IMG/VR virus record: IMGVR_UViG_3300025137_000023 | Span: 1-64,000 of that record | DNA from: a virus | DNA: 64,000 nucleotides | Strand: one strand, 5' to 3' | Part shown: positions 55,474 to 63,999 of the stretch, piece after piece | How the letters are laid out: each line of letters starts with the position of its first letter | Position numbering within the stretch: the first letter of the stretch is position 1 | The notes under the pieces: generated by a model | The model's database searches: none | Told to the model about the DNA's origin: nothing | What the model saw: the letters and a program-made list of their open reading frames with translations, nothing else | Program-made: the position numbers and the translations under genes

Positions 55474-57189
55474 TTACAGTGCCGCTATTCTCGACTGGAA
55501 GTCAGCAAAGTCTGAACTCGCCGCCACAGTTGATTTTAATGTCGCTAAAGTAATCGTCTCAACGTTTGTAAGTCCACTTCCATCTCCAACAAAATTAGTT
55601 ACTGATAGTGTTTCAGTACTAGCATTATATGTGTATGCACTTCCATCTGTTTTAACTGTTAAGGCGCCTATTTGTCCTGTTCCAAACATTGGAAAACAAG
55701 TTGTGTCTGAACTTTCATCACCTACATTAACGCCGTCAGCATAGTCACCTGCATTGGCTAACTTTATCCAGTTACCACCATGTGCAAAATAACCTGCTCC
55801 AGTGCCATGTACGTGAGCAAACATACCGTGATATGTAGTTGCATTTGGTAAATCCGCTTCTGCAGAATACATATTTGAATATAAAATTTTACCTGTAGTA
55901 GTAATATTAAATGCTTGAGCATCTAAGTTACCACCAAGTTGTGGTGTTGTATCTGATACAACACTTGCAATACCGCCATCGGTTATTCCATAACCTGCTA
56001 TTGTAGTTGGCTTACCTGTTAAACTTGCGAATGATTGTGCCGGAACACTTGTTAAGTAAGTTCCTAAATCACTAATTTGTGATTCTGTAATACTTAATGA
56101 CGCTTGGTGTTGTGTTACTGCACTTGCTGGAACATTTGCATCTGGAATGTTTGCCCATGTTACTGCCGCAGTTAAATCGTTTACTTCTGAACCACCGCCA
56201 ACTGTGCCTGGTTCCCATTCTAAATTACTATTGTTCCAAACTAGTGCTTGTCCATTAGTTGGAGGTGTTGTTGAAGTATCAACATCACTTAAATTATTAA
56301 TGCCTGTTGGAATGTCAGATATAAATGCTACTGTACCACTTGCATTTTTAAATGAGATTGTATTATCCTGTGTAGGATTTACTACAGTTACAATAGTTTC
56401 GTGTGCATCAGCAGTACTTCCTTCAAATGTAATTTGGTTGTTAACTAAAACATCATTTGTTTCTAAAGTAGTTGTTGTACCTTGTACAACTAAATCGCCC
56501 GTTACAGTTAAGTTTTGAACGTTACTAGGGCCAGTTGCAGTTAAGTTAACAGTCGTTATGTTAGTATTGTTTACGTCACTAGCAATAGTACTGTTTACTG
56601 TTCCAGTAAATGTACCTGTAATAGTTCCACTAGCGTCAATGTTTGTTGTGTTTAATGTTCCCCAACGATTACTTACTGCACCTAAATTTTGTGTAGTACT
56701 AACTGGAAGAAAATCCGTTGCCGCTTTGGCATTGTAAGTAACTGTATCTGTATTAGCATTACCTAGTACAGTATTACCTGATATACTTACAGTTGCTAGT
56801 GTTGTTGAGCCTGAAACTTTTGCATCACCTGTTACATCAAGTGCTACTGTAGGAGCATTATTTTTAATACCAACAAACCCGCTACTTCCTTTAACATATA
56901 AAACATCACTTGCTAAATCTGTGTTAACAGTAAAATTAAAATTACCGTTATCTGGATTTATGATGGTATCACCGGCTACTTTAAAAGCGCCTGTATCTGC
57001 AGGATCTATGATAACATCAGTTGTACCAACAATACTGTTGGCAGTAATATTTAAATTACTGTTAACTGCGCCATATGTCCATATGTCGTCAAAGTTTAAG
57101 TTTATTTTTTCAAATGCCGAACGAAGTAAGTCGCCTGTACCGTCGTCTGCGTTTGTTCCTATATTAATTACTCTTTTAGTTCCAGCCAT
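55474..57189 (-). CDS. tail fibre / baseplate-attached fibre
   Basis: INIG..ADDGTGD.LR.AF.KIN N-terminus; TPQLGGNLD and L.DVD...GQALVW fibre modules. Confidence 0.8.
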   Translation of the reverse strand: MAGTKRVINIGTNADDGTGDLLRSAFEKINLNFDDIWTYGAVNSNLNITANSIVGTTDVIIDPADTGAFKVAGDTIINPDNGNFNFTVNTDLASDVLYVKGSSGFVGIKNNAPTVALDVTGDAKVSGSTTLATVSISGNTVLGNANTDTVTYNAKAATDFLPVSTTQNLGAVSNRWGTLNTTNIDASGTITGTFTGTVNSTIASDVNNTNITTVNLTATGPSNVQNLTVTGDLVVQGTTTTLETNDVLVNNQITFEGSTADAHETIVTVVNPTQDNTISFKNASGTVAFISDIPTGINNLSDVDTSTTPPTNGQALVWNNSNLEWEPGTVGGGSEVNDLTAAVTWANIPDANVPASAVTQHQASLSITESQISDLGTYLTSVPAQSFASLTGKPTTIAGYGITDGGIASVVSDTTPQLGGNLDAQAFNITTTGKILYSNMYSAEADLPNATTYHGMFAHVHGTGAGYFAHGGNWIKLANAGDYADGVNVGDESSDTTCFPMFGTGQIGALTVKTDGSAYTYNASTETLSVTNFVGDGSGLTNVETITLATLKSTVAASSDFADFQSRIAAL

Positions 57190-57203
57190 AACCTATTCTC
57201 CTA

Positions 57204-57896
57204 TTACCAAGTTGATACTAATACACGTTTCCAAATGTCAGCACTGCCGTCATGTGTTCCTGTGCAATAGTATATGTAACTTGAATCAAAGGCTACATCT
57301 CCATTAATATCACCTGCGGCTCCTTTAGCCGTTGCTGGTGTATATGTTGTAGAAACATTTATTCTGTCGCCTGATGCCGTTAATTTTGTTCCAAAGATCC
57401 CACGCCATACGTTTGCCGCTGATCCTAAATCTTTTGTGTTTGTTGCATTACTTAAAATGTGACCTGAAACGTTAACTTCGCCACCACCTGGTACTAAATT
57501 AATGTCGTTTGCTGTCGCTGTCAATGTAGTTGTAGTACCGTTAATTACTAGGTCGCCCATAGTAACTGTTGTACCGTCATCAACTACAGAACTTACTACT
57601 ACATTACCACTTGCATCAAACTTTAAGATTGAATTGTCAGTGTGTGTAGTAAACTGTAAATTTTTGGAAGTGTCAACAATGATTGCACCTGTACCGTTCG
57701 GACTTAATGTAATATTTCCGTTAGTATCATCTGATCCAATAGTATTACCTGAAATGCTGATATTACTTAAACTTGATCCACCTAATTCTGTATAGACTTC
57801 AGTGAAGTTTTCGTTAATCTTATTAAAGGCAGTTCTTAAAGGATCACCTGCGCCATCATTTGCACTGCTTCCAATGTTAATTGCTTGTTTCGCCAT
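57204..57896 (-). CDS. baseplate/fibre connector (gp9/gp10-like N-terminus)
   Basis: MAKQAINIG..ANDG.GDPLRTAF.KIN.NF.EVY. Confidence 0.75.
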   Translation of the reverse strand: MAKQAINIGSSANDGAGDPLRTAFNKINENFTEVYTELGGSSLSNISISGNTIGSDDTNGNITLSPNGTGAIIVDTSKNLQFTTHTDNSILKFDASGNVVVSSVVDDGTTVTMGDLVINGTTTTLTATANDINLVPGGGEVNVSGHILSNATNTKDLGSAANVWRGIFGTKLTASGDRINVSTTYTPATAKGAAGDINGDVAFDSSYIYYCTGTHDGSADIWKRVLVSTW

Positions 57897-57987
57897 TGTT
57901 ATAACTCCTGCAGATTATATAATTTTGTCTACAAGTATTTATCCATCTTATTCAATAGCCGAATGCTAATAACGAATAAATACTTGT

Positions 57988-58266
57988 ATGTATTTAGGTT
58001 ATACATTTATTAAACAGTGGCATCAACGACAGCAGAAATCAGTCAAACGTAATCTTCAAGTTTACGCCTTAATGTGTGATAATTGTTTCAACCTTTTCTT
58101 AAGAAGTTCAAAAAACATTAGCAAAAGTCGATTAAACAGATGGGTTAATCATTACTGCGGATCCTGTGGAGACGTTTATAAACTTGCACAAAAAGATAGT
58201 GCATTACGAAAGAGGACATTAAAATATGACGCGAGTTCAACAATGCCTATTAATCGTTTGCGTTAG
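57988..58266 (+). CDS. small Zn-ribbon protein
   Basis: CDNC...YCGSC; ATAAATA immediately upstream. Confidence 0.55.
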   Translation: MYLGYTFIKQWHQRQQKSVKRNLQVYALMCDNCFNLFLRSSKNISKSRLNRWVNHYCGSCGDVYKLAQKDSALRKRTLKYDASSTMPINRLR

Positions 58267-59317
58267 TTTCTTTACATTTTGTGGCTGGACTTCAGTTGCA
58301 AATAGTAGTTTACCAAACATTGAAAATAATTTACATTCAACTGTTTTAGTTGCTACTAAAAATGTAACACCGAGACTGGACGAAACTACACATAATATGG
58401 CTCCGGTTCCAGCACCGGATATTACGAATCCTGGAATGGGAACAGGTATTATTATGACTGATAAAGGTCATATTATTACTAACTACCATGTTGTTGAAAA
58501 GGGCAATACAATTTCTGTATGGATGTATGAAGATGAAACTATGACAGAATATGATGCAACTATCGTGGGCTTCGATAAACTGTCTGATATAGCAGTTATT
58601 AAAATTGATTTACCAAAAGATTACAATTTTAAAAAAGTAGAATGGGGAAGATCACCTGATTATGGTGATGATATCTATGTAATAGGGCATCCACAAGGAA
58701 TGATATGGAGTGTGAGTAAAGGAGTTGTTAGTCATCCTAAAAGATTTGTAACATCACCTTGGCAAACACTTATTCAATCTGATGCTTTAATAATGCCTGG
58801 TAATAGTGGCGGTCCACTCTTTGACCACCATGGTGATTTAGTAGGTATAAACACTCTTATGATTTTGAGTCGTGATCCAACTGCCAAGACCCAAGCATGG
58901 GCAATGAGTATTCATTTAGATGATGTGAGATGGGTTTACGACAGAATAATTGAGTACGGTAGAGTACGAAGACCTGCTTTAAACATCGAAGTTGATTTCG
59001 ACGTTGAGAATAAGTTGGTAAAAATAAAGGCTGGACCGGACACCGCATTAGGAAAGTTAGGAATGAAAGAATCTTATCTTTTAGAAATTGACGGAATAGA
59101 GGTCAAAGAATATGGCGACATCTTTAATTACTTAAGAAGTAAATTAGATGGGGATACTGCTATTATTAAGGTTAAAGAGTTAGAATCAGGAGAGGTTAAG
59201 TCGCTAACATTCAAATTAGCGGATTGGGAGGCTTTACAGTCTAATAAGGAAAAAGATAAAGTGTTGGAGAAAGAAGAGGAACTAGAAATACCACATGGTA
59301 TTCCTTCGCCTAAGTAG
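58226..59317 (+). CDS. HtrA/DegP-family serine protease with degenerate PDZ
   Basis: GTG.I, TNYHVV, SDIAVIK and IQSDA.I.PGNSGGPL motifs. Confidence 0.92.
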   Translation: MTRVQQCLLIVCVSFFTFCGWTSVANSSLPNIENNLHSTVLVATKNVTPRLDETTHNMAPVPAPDITNPGMGTGIIMTDKGHIITNYHVVEKGNTISVWMYEDETMTEYDATIVGFDKLSDIAVIKIDLPKDYNFKKVEWGRSPDYGDDIYVIGHPQGMIWSVSKGVVSHPKRFVTSPWQTLIQSDALIMPGNSGGPLFDHHGDLVGINTLMILSRDPTAKTQAWAMSIHLDDVRWVYDRIIEYGRVRRPALNIEVDFDVENKLVKIKAGPDTALGKLGMKESYLLEIDGIEVKEYGDIFNYLRSKLDGDTAIIKVKELESGEVKSLTFKLADWEALQSNKEKDKVLEKEEELEIPHGIPSPK

Positions 59318-59320
59318 AAT

Positions 59321-59656
59321 TTAAAATCCTACAGATTCTCCACAACCACAAGAACTAGTGGCTTGGGGGTTTTCGATTACAATTTGAGAGCCTCCAAAGT
59401 CTTCTTTGAAGTCTATTACACAACCCATAAGATAAAATAAACTTACACCATCAATAATTAAATTTTTAACTTCATTTAATTTTATTAAGTGATCTTTAGG
59501 ATTGATTTCTTCTGTTTTGATTGTAGACCAGTCGTATTTGAATCCTGCACAACCTCCACCTTTAACTCCAAAGTGTACATTCGTGGCATCATTCTTATCA
59601 GCCATTGTAATTAAATAATCTTTAGCGGAATCTGTGATAGTCGGTAACATATTCAT
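59321..59656 (-). CDS. A-type Fe-S carrier (HesB/IscA/ErpA)
   Basis: GGGCAGF.Y and NP.A.SSCGCGES motifs. Confidence 0.93.
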   Translation of the reverse strand: MNMLPTITDSAKDYLITMADKNDATNVHFGVKGGGCAGFKYDWSTIKTEEINPKDHLIKLNEVKNLIIDGVSLFYLMGCVIDFKEDFGGSQIVIENPQATSSCGCGESVGF

Positions 59657-60050
59657 CTTCTCCTGTGTCTCCGTCTAGGTTAAGTGTCATTTGTGCTAGT
59701 TCACTCATTTGTGATGGGCTAAACGTAGGTTCAAATGTCATCTCAACTTCTACTTCGTTAATACCAGGTACTTTTAATAATGCTTCTTTTGTCCATATTG
59801 GCATTTCGCCTGCTACTGGACAAAAAGGACTTGTAAGTGTCATAAGTGTAATACATTTACCATCTATAACATCACAATGATATATTAATCCTAGCTCAAA
59901 TATATTTATACTGATTTCGGGATCGTATACTTCGCGAAGTTCTTTTTTTATGTCTTCTTGTTTTACGTTTTTATCTTGAATTTCTAGATTAAAACTTCCG
60001 TCTTCAGACGCACTACGGTTAAAATCTTTTACTGCAATAGTACTGCTCAT
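59622..60050 (-). CDS. SufT / DUF59 Fe-S assembly protein
   Basis: VYDPEI.INIFELGLIY and MTLTSP.CP motifs. Confidence 0.9.
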   Translation of the reverse strand: MSSTIAVKDFNRSASEDGSFNLEIQDKNVKQEDIKKELREVYDPEISINIFELGLIYHCDVIDGKCITLMTLTSPFCPVAGEMPIWTKEALLKVPGINEVEVEMTFEPTFSPSQMSELAQMTLNLDGDTGEDEYVTDYHRFR

Positions 60051-60156
60051 ATTTTATAGTTGGCCCTTATAAGGTGTTCCGCAGGCACTCATAAAGCGGT
60101 GCCTGAGGAATTATTGTTGAAATTAAACTTGCCTTGTATTAGGCGTTGGCGAGATG

Positions 60157-60318
60157 CTAACCTTTTTTATAGATTTGCCATGCTCCGTAACCTATGGCTA
60201 CATAAGCCGCCAATTTAGCAAAAGGTCCAGCAATTAGAACTATTACTCCAATAGCGACTAGAGCCGCTCCAGAGTGAGACGTTCTTTCTTTTACTCTCTC
60301 TTTTATCCAATTTGTCAT
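60157..60318 (-). CDS. 53-aa 2-TM protein (not in ORF track)
   Basis: MTNWIKERVKERTSHSGAALVAIGVIVLIAGPFAKLAAYVAIGYGAWQIYKKG; GGAG RBS. Confidence 0.65.
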   Translation of the reverse strand: MTNWIKERVKERTSHSGAALVAIGVIVLIAGPFAKLAAYVAIGYGAWQIYKKG

Positions 60319-60349
60319 TTATTTGTCTCCTTATTAAATGGTATCACTA

Positions 60350-60583
60350 TTACTTTCTAGTAAAAATGTGATACAACACCCAAATTGCTACTAAACCTAC
60401 TAAACCATTTGCTGAAAAACCAGCAATGATATTTTGTATATTTGCAATAACTCCGATGTTTGGCCAGAACGGTATGTTCTGTCCGTTAAAAAGTACTTCT
60501 AGTACGACTCCTACAGATATTAAACTAATACCTGCTTCTGTTAGAGCGCCTGCCCATCCTTTTACTTTGTTAAGTATGTCCAT
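60350..60583 (-). CDS. small membrane protein
   Basis: GGAG RBS; two hydrophobic segments. Confidence 0.65.
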   Translation of the reverse strand: MDILNKVKGWAGALTEAGISLISVGVVLEVLFNGQNIPFWPNIGVIANIQNIIAGFSANGLVGLVAIWVLYHIFTRK

Positions 60584-60598
60584 ATTTGACTCCTTTTG

Positions 60599-60820
60599 TT
60601 ATTTGTGTCGATAACTGATTCGTCCTTTATGCATATCATAAGGACTCAGTTCTATGTCAACTCTGTCTCCCAACAATACTTTAATATTGTTTTTTCGCAT
60701 TTTCCCGTTAAGGTGTGCGACAATGGAAACGTTATGTCCGTCGACTTTTACTTTGAAGAGAGTGTTTGGCAATAGTTGTTCAACTACACCCTCCACTTTG
60801 ATTGTGCTATCTTTTGCCAT
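60599..60820 (-). CDS. infA: translation initiation factor IF-1
   Basis: MAK...I.VEG.V...LPN..F.V, GKMRKN.I.VL.GDRV..ELSPYD..KGRI.YR. Confidence 0.95.
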   Translation of the reverse strand: MAKDSTIKVEGVVEQLLPNTLFKVKVDGHNVSIVAHLNGKMRKNNIKVLLGDRVDIELSPYDMHKGRISYRHK

Positions 60821-60837
60821 GTGTAGTATTTATCGGT

Positions 60838-61275
60838 TTAACGCCTCATTCTTGCCAATTCCTTGGCATCTTCGTCGCTAAATACGGGCACTAGATTGCT
60901 TTTGTGCATAGTTGCTATGCCTAACAAACGTCTTTCACCACTATATTGCATAGGTTTTCTTGCCTTGCATGGTGCAAACGTTTTTTCTGAAATAACACTA
61001 GGATAATCTGCAATAGTTTCTCTTTTATAGTCTCCTGCAGACTCGTGCCATGGTGTATTCAAAACTGGTTGTGTTTTTGGTTTATAGTTACCTTGTGTGT
61101 AATCTGTGTATTCTTTTAAATTCATTACTAAATTAGGACACCCAAGTTTTTTCATATACTTGTTGTGTTCTCGCATTTGTACTTCAAGTTTTGAAATCTT
61201 ACTTTCGGTAAGTTTTTTCTTTTTTCTTTTTTTAGTATTTAGAGTTGTAAGTCCTCTATCTAAATGCATTGTCAT
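60838..61275 (-). CDS. conserved T4-like hypothetical protein
   Basis: YSG...LGIATMHKSNLVPV motif. Confidence 0.7.
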   Translation of the reverse strand: MTMHLDRGLTTLNTKKRKKKKLTESKISKLEVQMREHNKYMKKLGCPNLVMNLKEYTDYTQGNYKPKTQPVLNTPWHESAGDYKRETIADYPSVISEKTFAPCKARKPMQYSGERRLLGIATMHKSNLVPVFSDEDAKELARMRR

Positions 61276-62288
61276 TTGGCGTTCCTGTTTGTTGCTTTAA
61301 GTTTATCGATACAAAATTTGTTACATATTACAGATTGTCTATTGTCTATAATATCTGATAGTCTCTTATTATACCATGAATTTGATAAAATGTCAAGTAA
61401 CTTGTGGTTGTATATGTTATTTTCTTGTGGATTAAATCCTGGCAAATCCATAGGTTCTGCACCGGCTTCAGGAGCCCTAGCGGCTGTCCAACAACAGGGC
61501 CATATAGTTCCCCAAGGATCTACTTGTATTCTCATATCGTCATACCATGCACAAGGAGTATCAAAATTTGCTTTCTCTGGTACAGGGTAATTTTTATATG
61601 TATTTTTCTTAAATTCTACTAACTTTGATTTAAAGTTTCTAACTTTTTTATGTGTAACTTGATAACTTTTATCTTGTACTGTTAGTGTTTTGTTTCTATC
61701 AAAACTGGGTCTAATATAATGTGTATAAGCACCTAATTCTTTTGCTAGTTCGGTAATTTTATCTAGTTGTTCTAAGTTATGATCAAATGCAGTTGTAATA
61801 ACTTCAGCAACTCCGCCGGCATTAGTAAATGCTTTAATATTTTCGCATATCTTTTTAAAACTTGTATTACGTCTATATAAATGATGTGTATCCTCTAAAC
61901 CATCAATAGCAAATTCAATCTTATGTGAATGTGCTTGTTGTAATACACTAGAAAGTTCTATCCACCAATTTTTATCTCGCATACTACCATTTGTAGCAAT
62001 ACCAATAGATGTTTTAGGATGATTGTTTACAATACTTTTACAGATGGAAATAAAGTCAGGGTGCATACAAGCATCTCCCCAAACTCCGTTGAAATGAACT
62101 TTTTTAAATAAAAATCCTTTAGTATCCTCGGACATAACTCTGTCCCATATTTTAGGATCTAAATGATTTAGTTTTAAACTTGGGATCGTGTCCCCGCCGT
62201 CTATGTTTCTTACACAACTAACACACTTGGCGTTACAATAACTAGTAGGATCTACTTGTATAAATTGAACACGTTCTGACCATTGCAT
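61272..62288 (-). CDS. radical SAM enzyme with Twitch/SPASM domain
   Basis: CNAKCVSC, TNG, IDG...H..YR and C...I.VD..G...PCC motifs. Confidence 0.9.
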   Translation of the reverse strand: MQWSERVQFIQVDPTSYCNAKCVSCVRNIDGGDTIPSLKLNHLDPKIWDRVMSEDTKGFLFKKVHFNGVWGDACMHPDFISICKSIVNNHPKTSIGIATNGSMRDKNWWIELSSVLQQAHSHKIEFAIDGLEDTHHLYRRNTSFKKICENIKAFTNAGGVAEVITTAFDHNLEQLDKITELAKELGAYTHYIRPSFDRNKTLTVQDKSYQVTHKKVRNFKSKLVEFKKNTYKNYPVPEKANFDTPCAWYDDMRIQVDPWGTIWPCCWTAARAPEAGAEPMDLPGFNPQENNIYNHKLLDILSNSWYNKRLSDIIDNRQSVICNKFCIDKLKATNRNAK

Positions 62289-62575
62289 TACTCAACTTCG
62301 GCCCACTCTTTTTCTTCCTGTTCTTTGTTAGAGTCTTTACCTAATTCTTTTATTTTCTTCACATCACCTGATCCTAGAGCTCTAAAGAATTGCCCTATTG
62401 CAGTAGTTGTGGGATCGTATTTGTTAGGTATCGAACAACCAACTAGTGCTACAAGTATTAATACTACTACAACACCTTTAAAGAAAGAAACCCACATAAA
62501 ACCATAATTTGTCATTCCGAATGCGTCTTGCATTCTTGCTATGTGTTTTTTATGCCATTCGATAAATTTCTTCAT
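62288..62575 (-). CDS. membrane protein / lipoprotein
   Basis: hydrophobic stretch ending LVGC. Confidence 0.55.
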   Translation of the reverse strand: MKKFIEWHKKHIARMQDAFGMTNYGFMWVSFFKGVVVVLILVALVGCSIPNKYDPTTTAIGQFFRALGSGDVKKIKELGKDSNKEQEEKEWAEVE

Positions 62576-62577
62576 AA

Positions 62578-62766
62578 TTACTCAATCGGTTTTTTAATCG
62601 TTTCTGCACCTGATCGAATCTTTGCCGCAAACTCAGGATCATTCTCTAGATCCTTTCTCATACGTTTAGCCATTTTATAAGCCTTTCGAGCATTTTCTCT
62701 TCTTACTGCTCTACTTTCGTTATTTTCGGCTTTCGACTGCATAAAGTCGCCTACTTTATTGAACAT
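62578..62766 (-). CDS. small basic hypothetical protein
   Basis: ORF in the operon. Confidence 0.5.
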   Translation of the reverse strand: MFNKVGDFMQSKAENNESRAVRRENARKAYKMAKRMRKDLENDPEFAAKIRSGAETIKKPIE

Positions 62767-62767
62767 A

Positions 62768-63004
62768 TTATCTAACCTTTACTTTGACTTCTTCTTCTTC
62801 AGATTTTACAGGTTCTTGTTGATGTGACTGAATTACTAAATCTAACAATTCTGACGTATCATGCTTTTGAGTGTCTAACTGTTCTATTGCGTCACCAACA
62901 TCTTTAGCAACACCAGTTCTAATCATTCTTGCCACAACAAGGATCAGCTCGTTTTTACTGTATCCAGTAGTATTTATAGTATCTTGTGTGAAAACTCTTC
63001 CCAT
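62768..63004 (-). CDS. hypothetical protein
   Basis: ORF downstream of a TTGACA-16-TATAAT promoter at 63040-63067. Confidence 0.55.
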   Translation of the reverse strand: MGRVFTQDTINTTGYSKNELILVVARMIRTGVAKDVGDAIEQLDTQKHDTSELLDLVIQSHQQEPVKSEEEEVKVKVR

Positions 63005-63077
63005 ATTATGCCTTTCAAGTTAAATTGTTATTATAGTTCATTATAGCACTTTTAAACTTAATGTCAAGCACTTATTT

Positions 63078-63151
63078 TGGCTGGGATACAAGGATTCGAA
63101 CCTCGATTGACTGGATCAAAACCAGTTGTCCTACCATTAGACGATATCCCA
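63078..63151 (-). tRNA. tRNA-Gln(UUG)
   Basis: TGGGATA/TATCCCA acceptor, ACTGG-TTTTGAT-CCAGT anticodon arm, GGTTCGAATCC, encoded CCA. Confidence 0.93.
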
Positions 63152-63172
63152 ACGTTTTTGTTAATTTCTGGG

Positions 63173-63258
63173 TGGTGCGAATGGAGGGACTCGAACCCAC
63201 ACACCTTAAAGATAACGGATTTTAAGTCCGTTGCGTCTACCTATTCCGCCACACTCGC
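63173..63258 (-). tRNA. tRNA-Leu(UAA)
   Basis: GCGAGTG/CATTCGC acceptor, ACGGA-CTTAAAA-TCCGT arm, long variable arm, encoded CCA. Confidence 0.93.
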
Positions 63259-63260
63259 TT

Positions 63261-63461
63261 CTACTCACCCAAATTAGGTTTTTTTCTTAAATCGCTAACT
63301 CGTTCTTTCATCCAACCAATAGCAGTATGTATGTGTCCAGTATCATGTGGTTCTAAACACGACTTCGCATATGCTATTTCTTCTTTTAAAATACGAATTT
63401 TTGTTGTAGTATCTAATATATTAGTAGATAGGTCTAGTTCTAATTGTTTTGCTTTTTCCAT
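63261..63461 (-). CDS. hypothetical protein between tRNAs
   Basis: GGAG RBS; DTGHIHTAI motif. Confidence 0.6.
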   Translation of the reverse strand: MEKAKQLELDLSTNILDTTTKIRILKEEIAYAKSCLEPHDTGHIHTAIGWMKERVSDLRKKPNLGE

Positions 63462-63473
63462 AATGTTCTCCGT

Positions 63474-63559
63474 TGGCAGAGGTGAAAGGATTCGAACCTA
63501 TTTGACTTTACGCCCTGGTTTTGGAGACCAGTGTGCCACTCCAACTGCACCGCACCCCC
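63474..63559 (-). tRNA. tRNA with CCA (Trp) anticodon and an atypical long variable region
   Basis: GGGGGTG/CACCTCT acceptor, CTGGT-CTCCAAA-ACCAG arm, GGTTCGAATCC, G73, encoded CCA; 13-nt variable region. Confidence 0.8.
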
Positions 63560-63618
63560 TCATTTGCAACGTTTATAATTTAATGTAGCAAAGAAAGTGC
63601 CGTTTGTCAACTGTTTTT

Positions 63619-63999
63619 TTACTCTAATGGTAAAATAAATTCACCCTTGTTGTGTTTATCCACTACATCGTTATATGTTTCTCCGTTTGTTCGAAAACGT
63701 AAAACAACTCTATAATCTTTCATTTCTTCAACACTGTGAATTGCTTTGCCTGTAACTAGTGTTGGATGTTCTGTACTGTAGTAAACTTTGTAAATTTCTT
63801 TTCCTGGGTTTCTGAAGTCGTCACCTTCTAAAAATGTTAATGGTTCTCCTCCATCTTTAGGAATGATAGGTATCATAATACTTAATTCAACTTCCTGGTC
63901 AATATGTGGTACAAATTCAAAGCCAGGTTCGTATGCTAATATCTGTACATCTGTTATTCCTAACGGAACTTTAAAATTAAACTGTTTAATAAACTTTTG
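63619..63999 (-). CDS. 2OG-Fe(II) oxygenase-like protein (5' end beyond the window)
   Basis: frame is open to the window edge; FVPHID (HxD), IHSV and R.VL.F motifs. Confidence 0.65.
   Translation of the reverse strand, partial: QKFIKQFNFKVPLGITDVQILAYEPGFEFVPHIDQEVELSIMIPIIPKDGGEPLTFLEGDDFRNPGKEIYKVYYSTEHPTLVTGKAIHSVEEMKDYRVVLRFRTNGETYNDVVDKHNKGEFILPLE

Noticed and set aside
980-63588. Numerous plus-strand ORFs in the track antisense to minus-strand genes (e.g. 1467..1784, 24379..24744, 51501..51935, 52382..52909)
   Set aside because: They are shadow frames of well-supported genes, with no RBS or recognisable motifs.
63077-63588. Plus-strand ORFs 63077..63277 and 63331..63588
   Set aside because: They are antisense translations of the tRNA genes.
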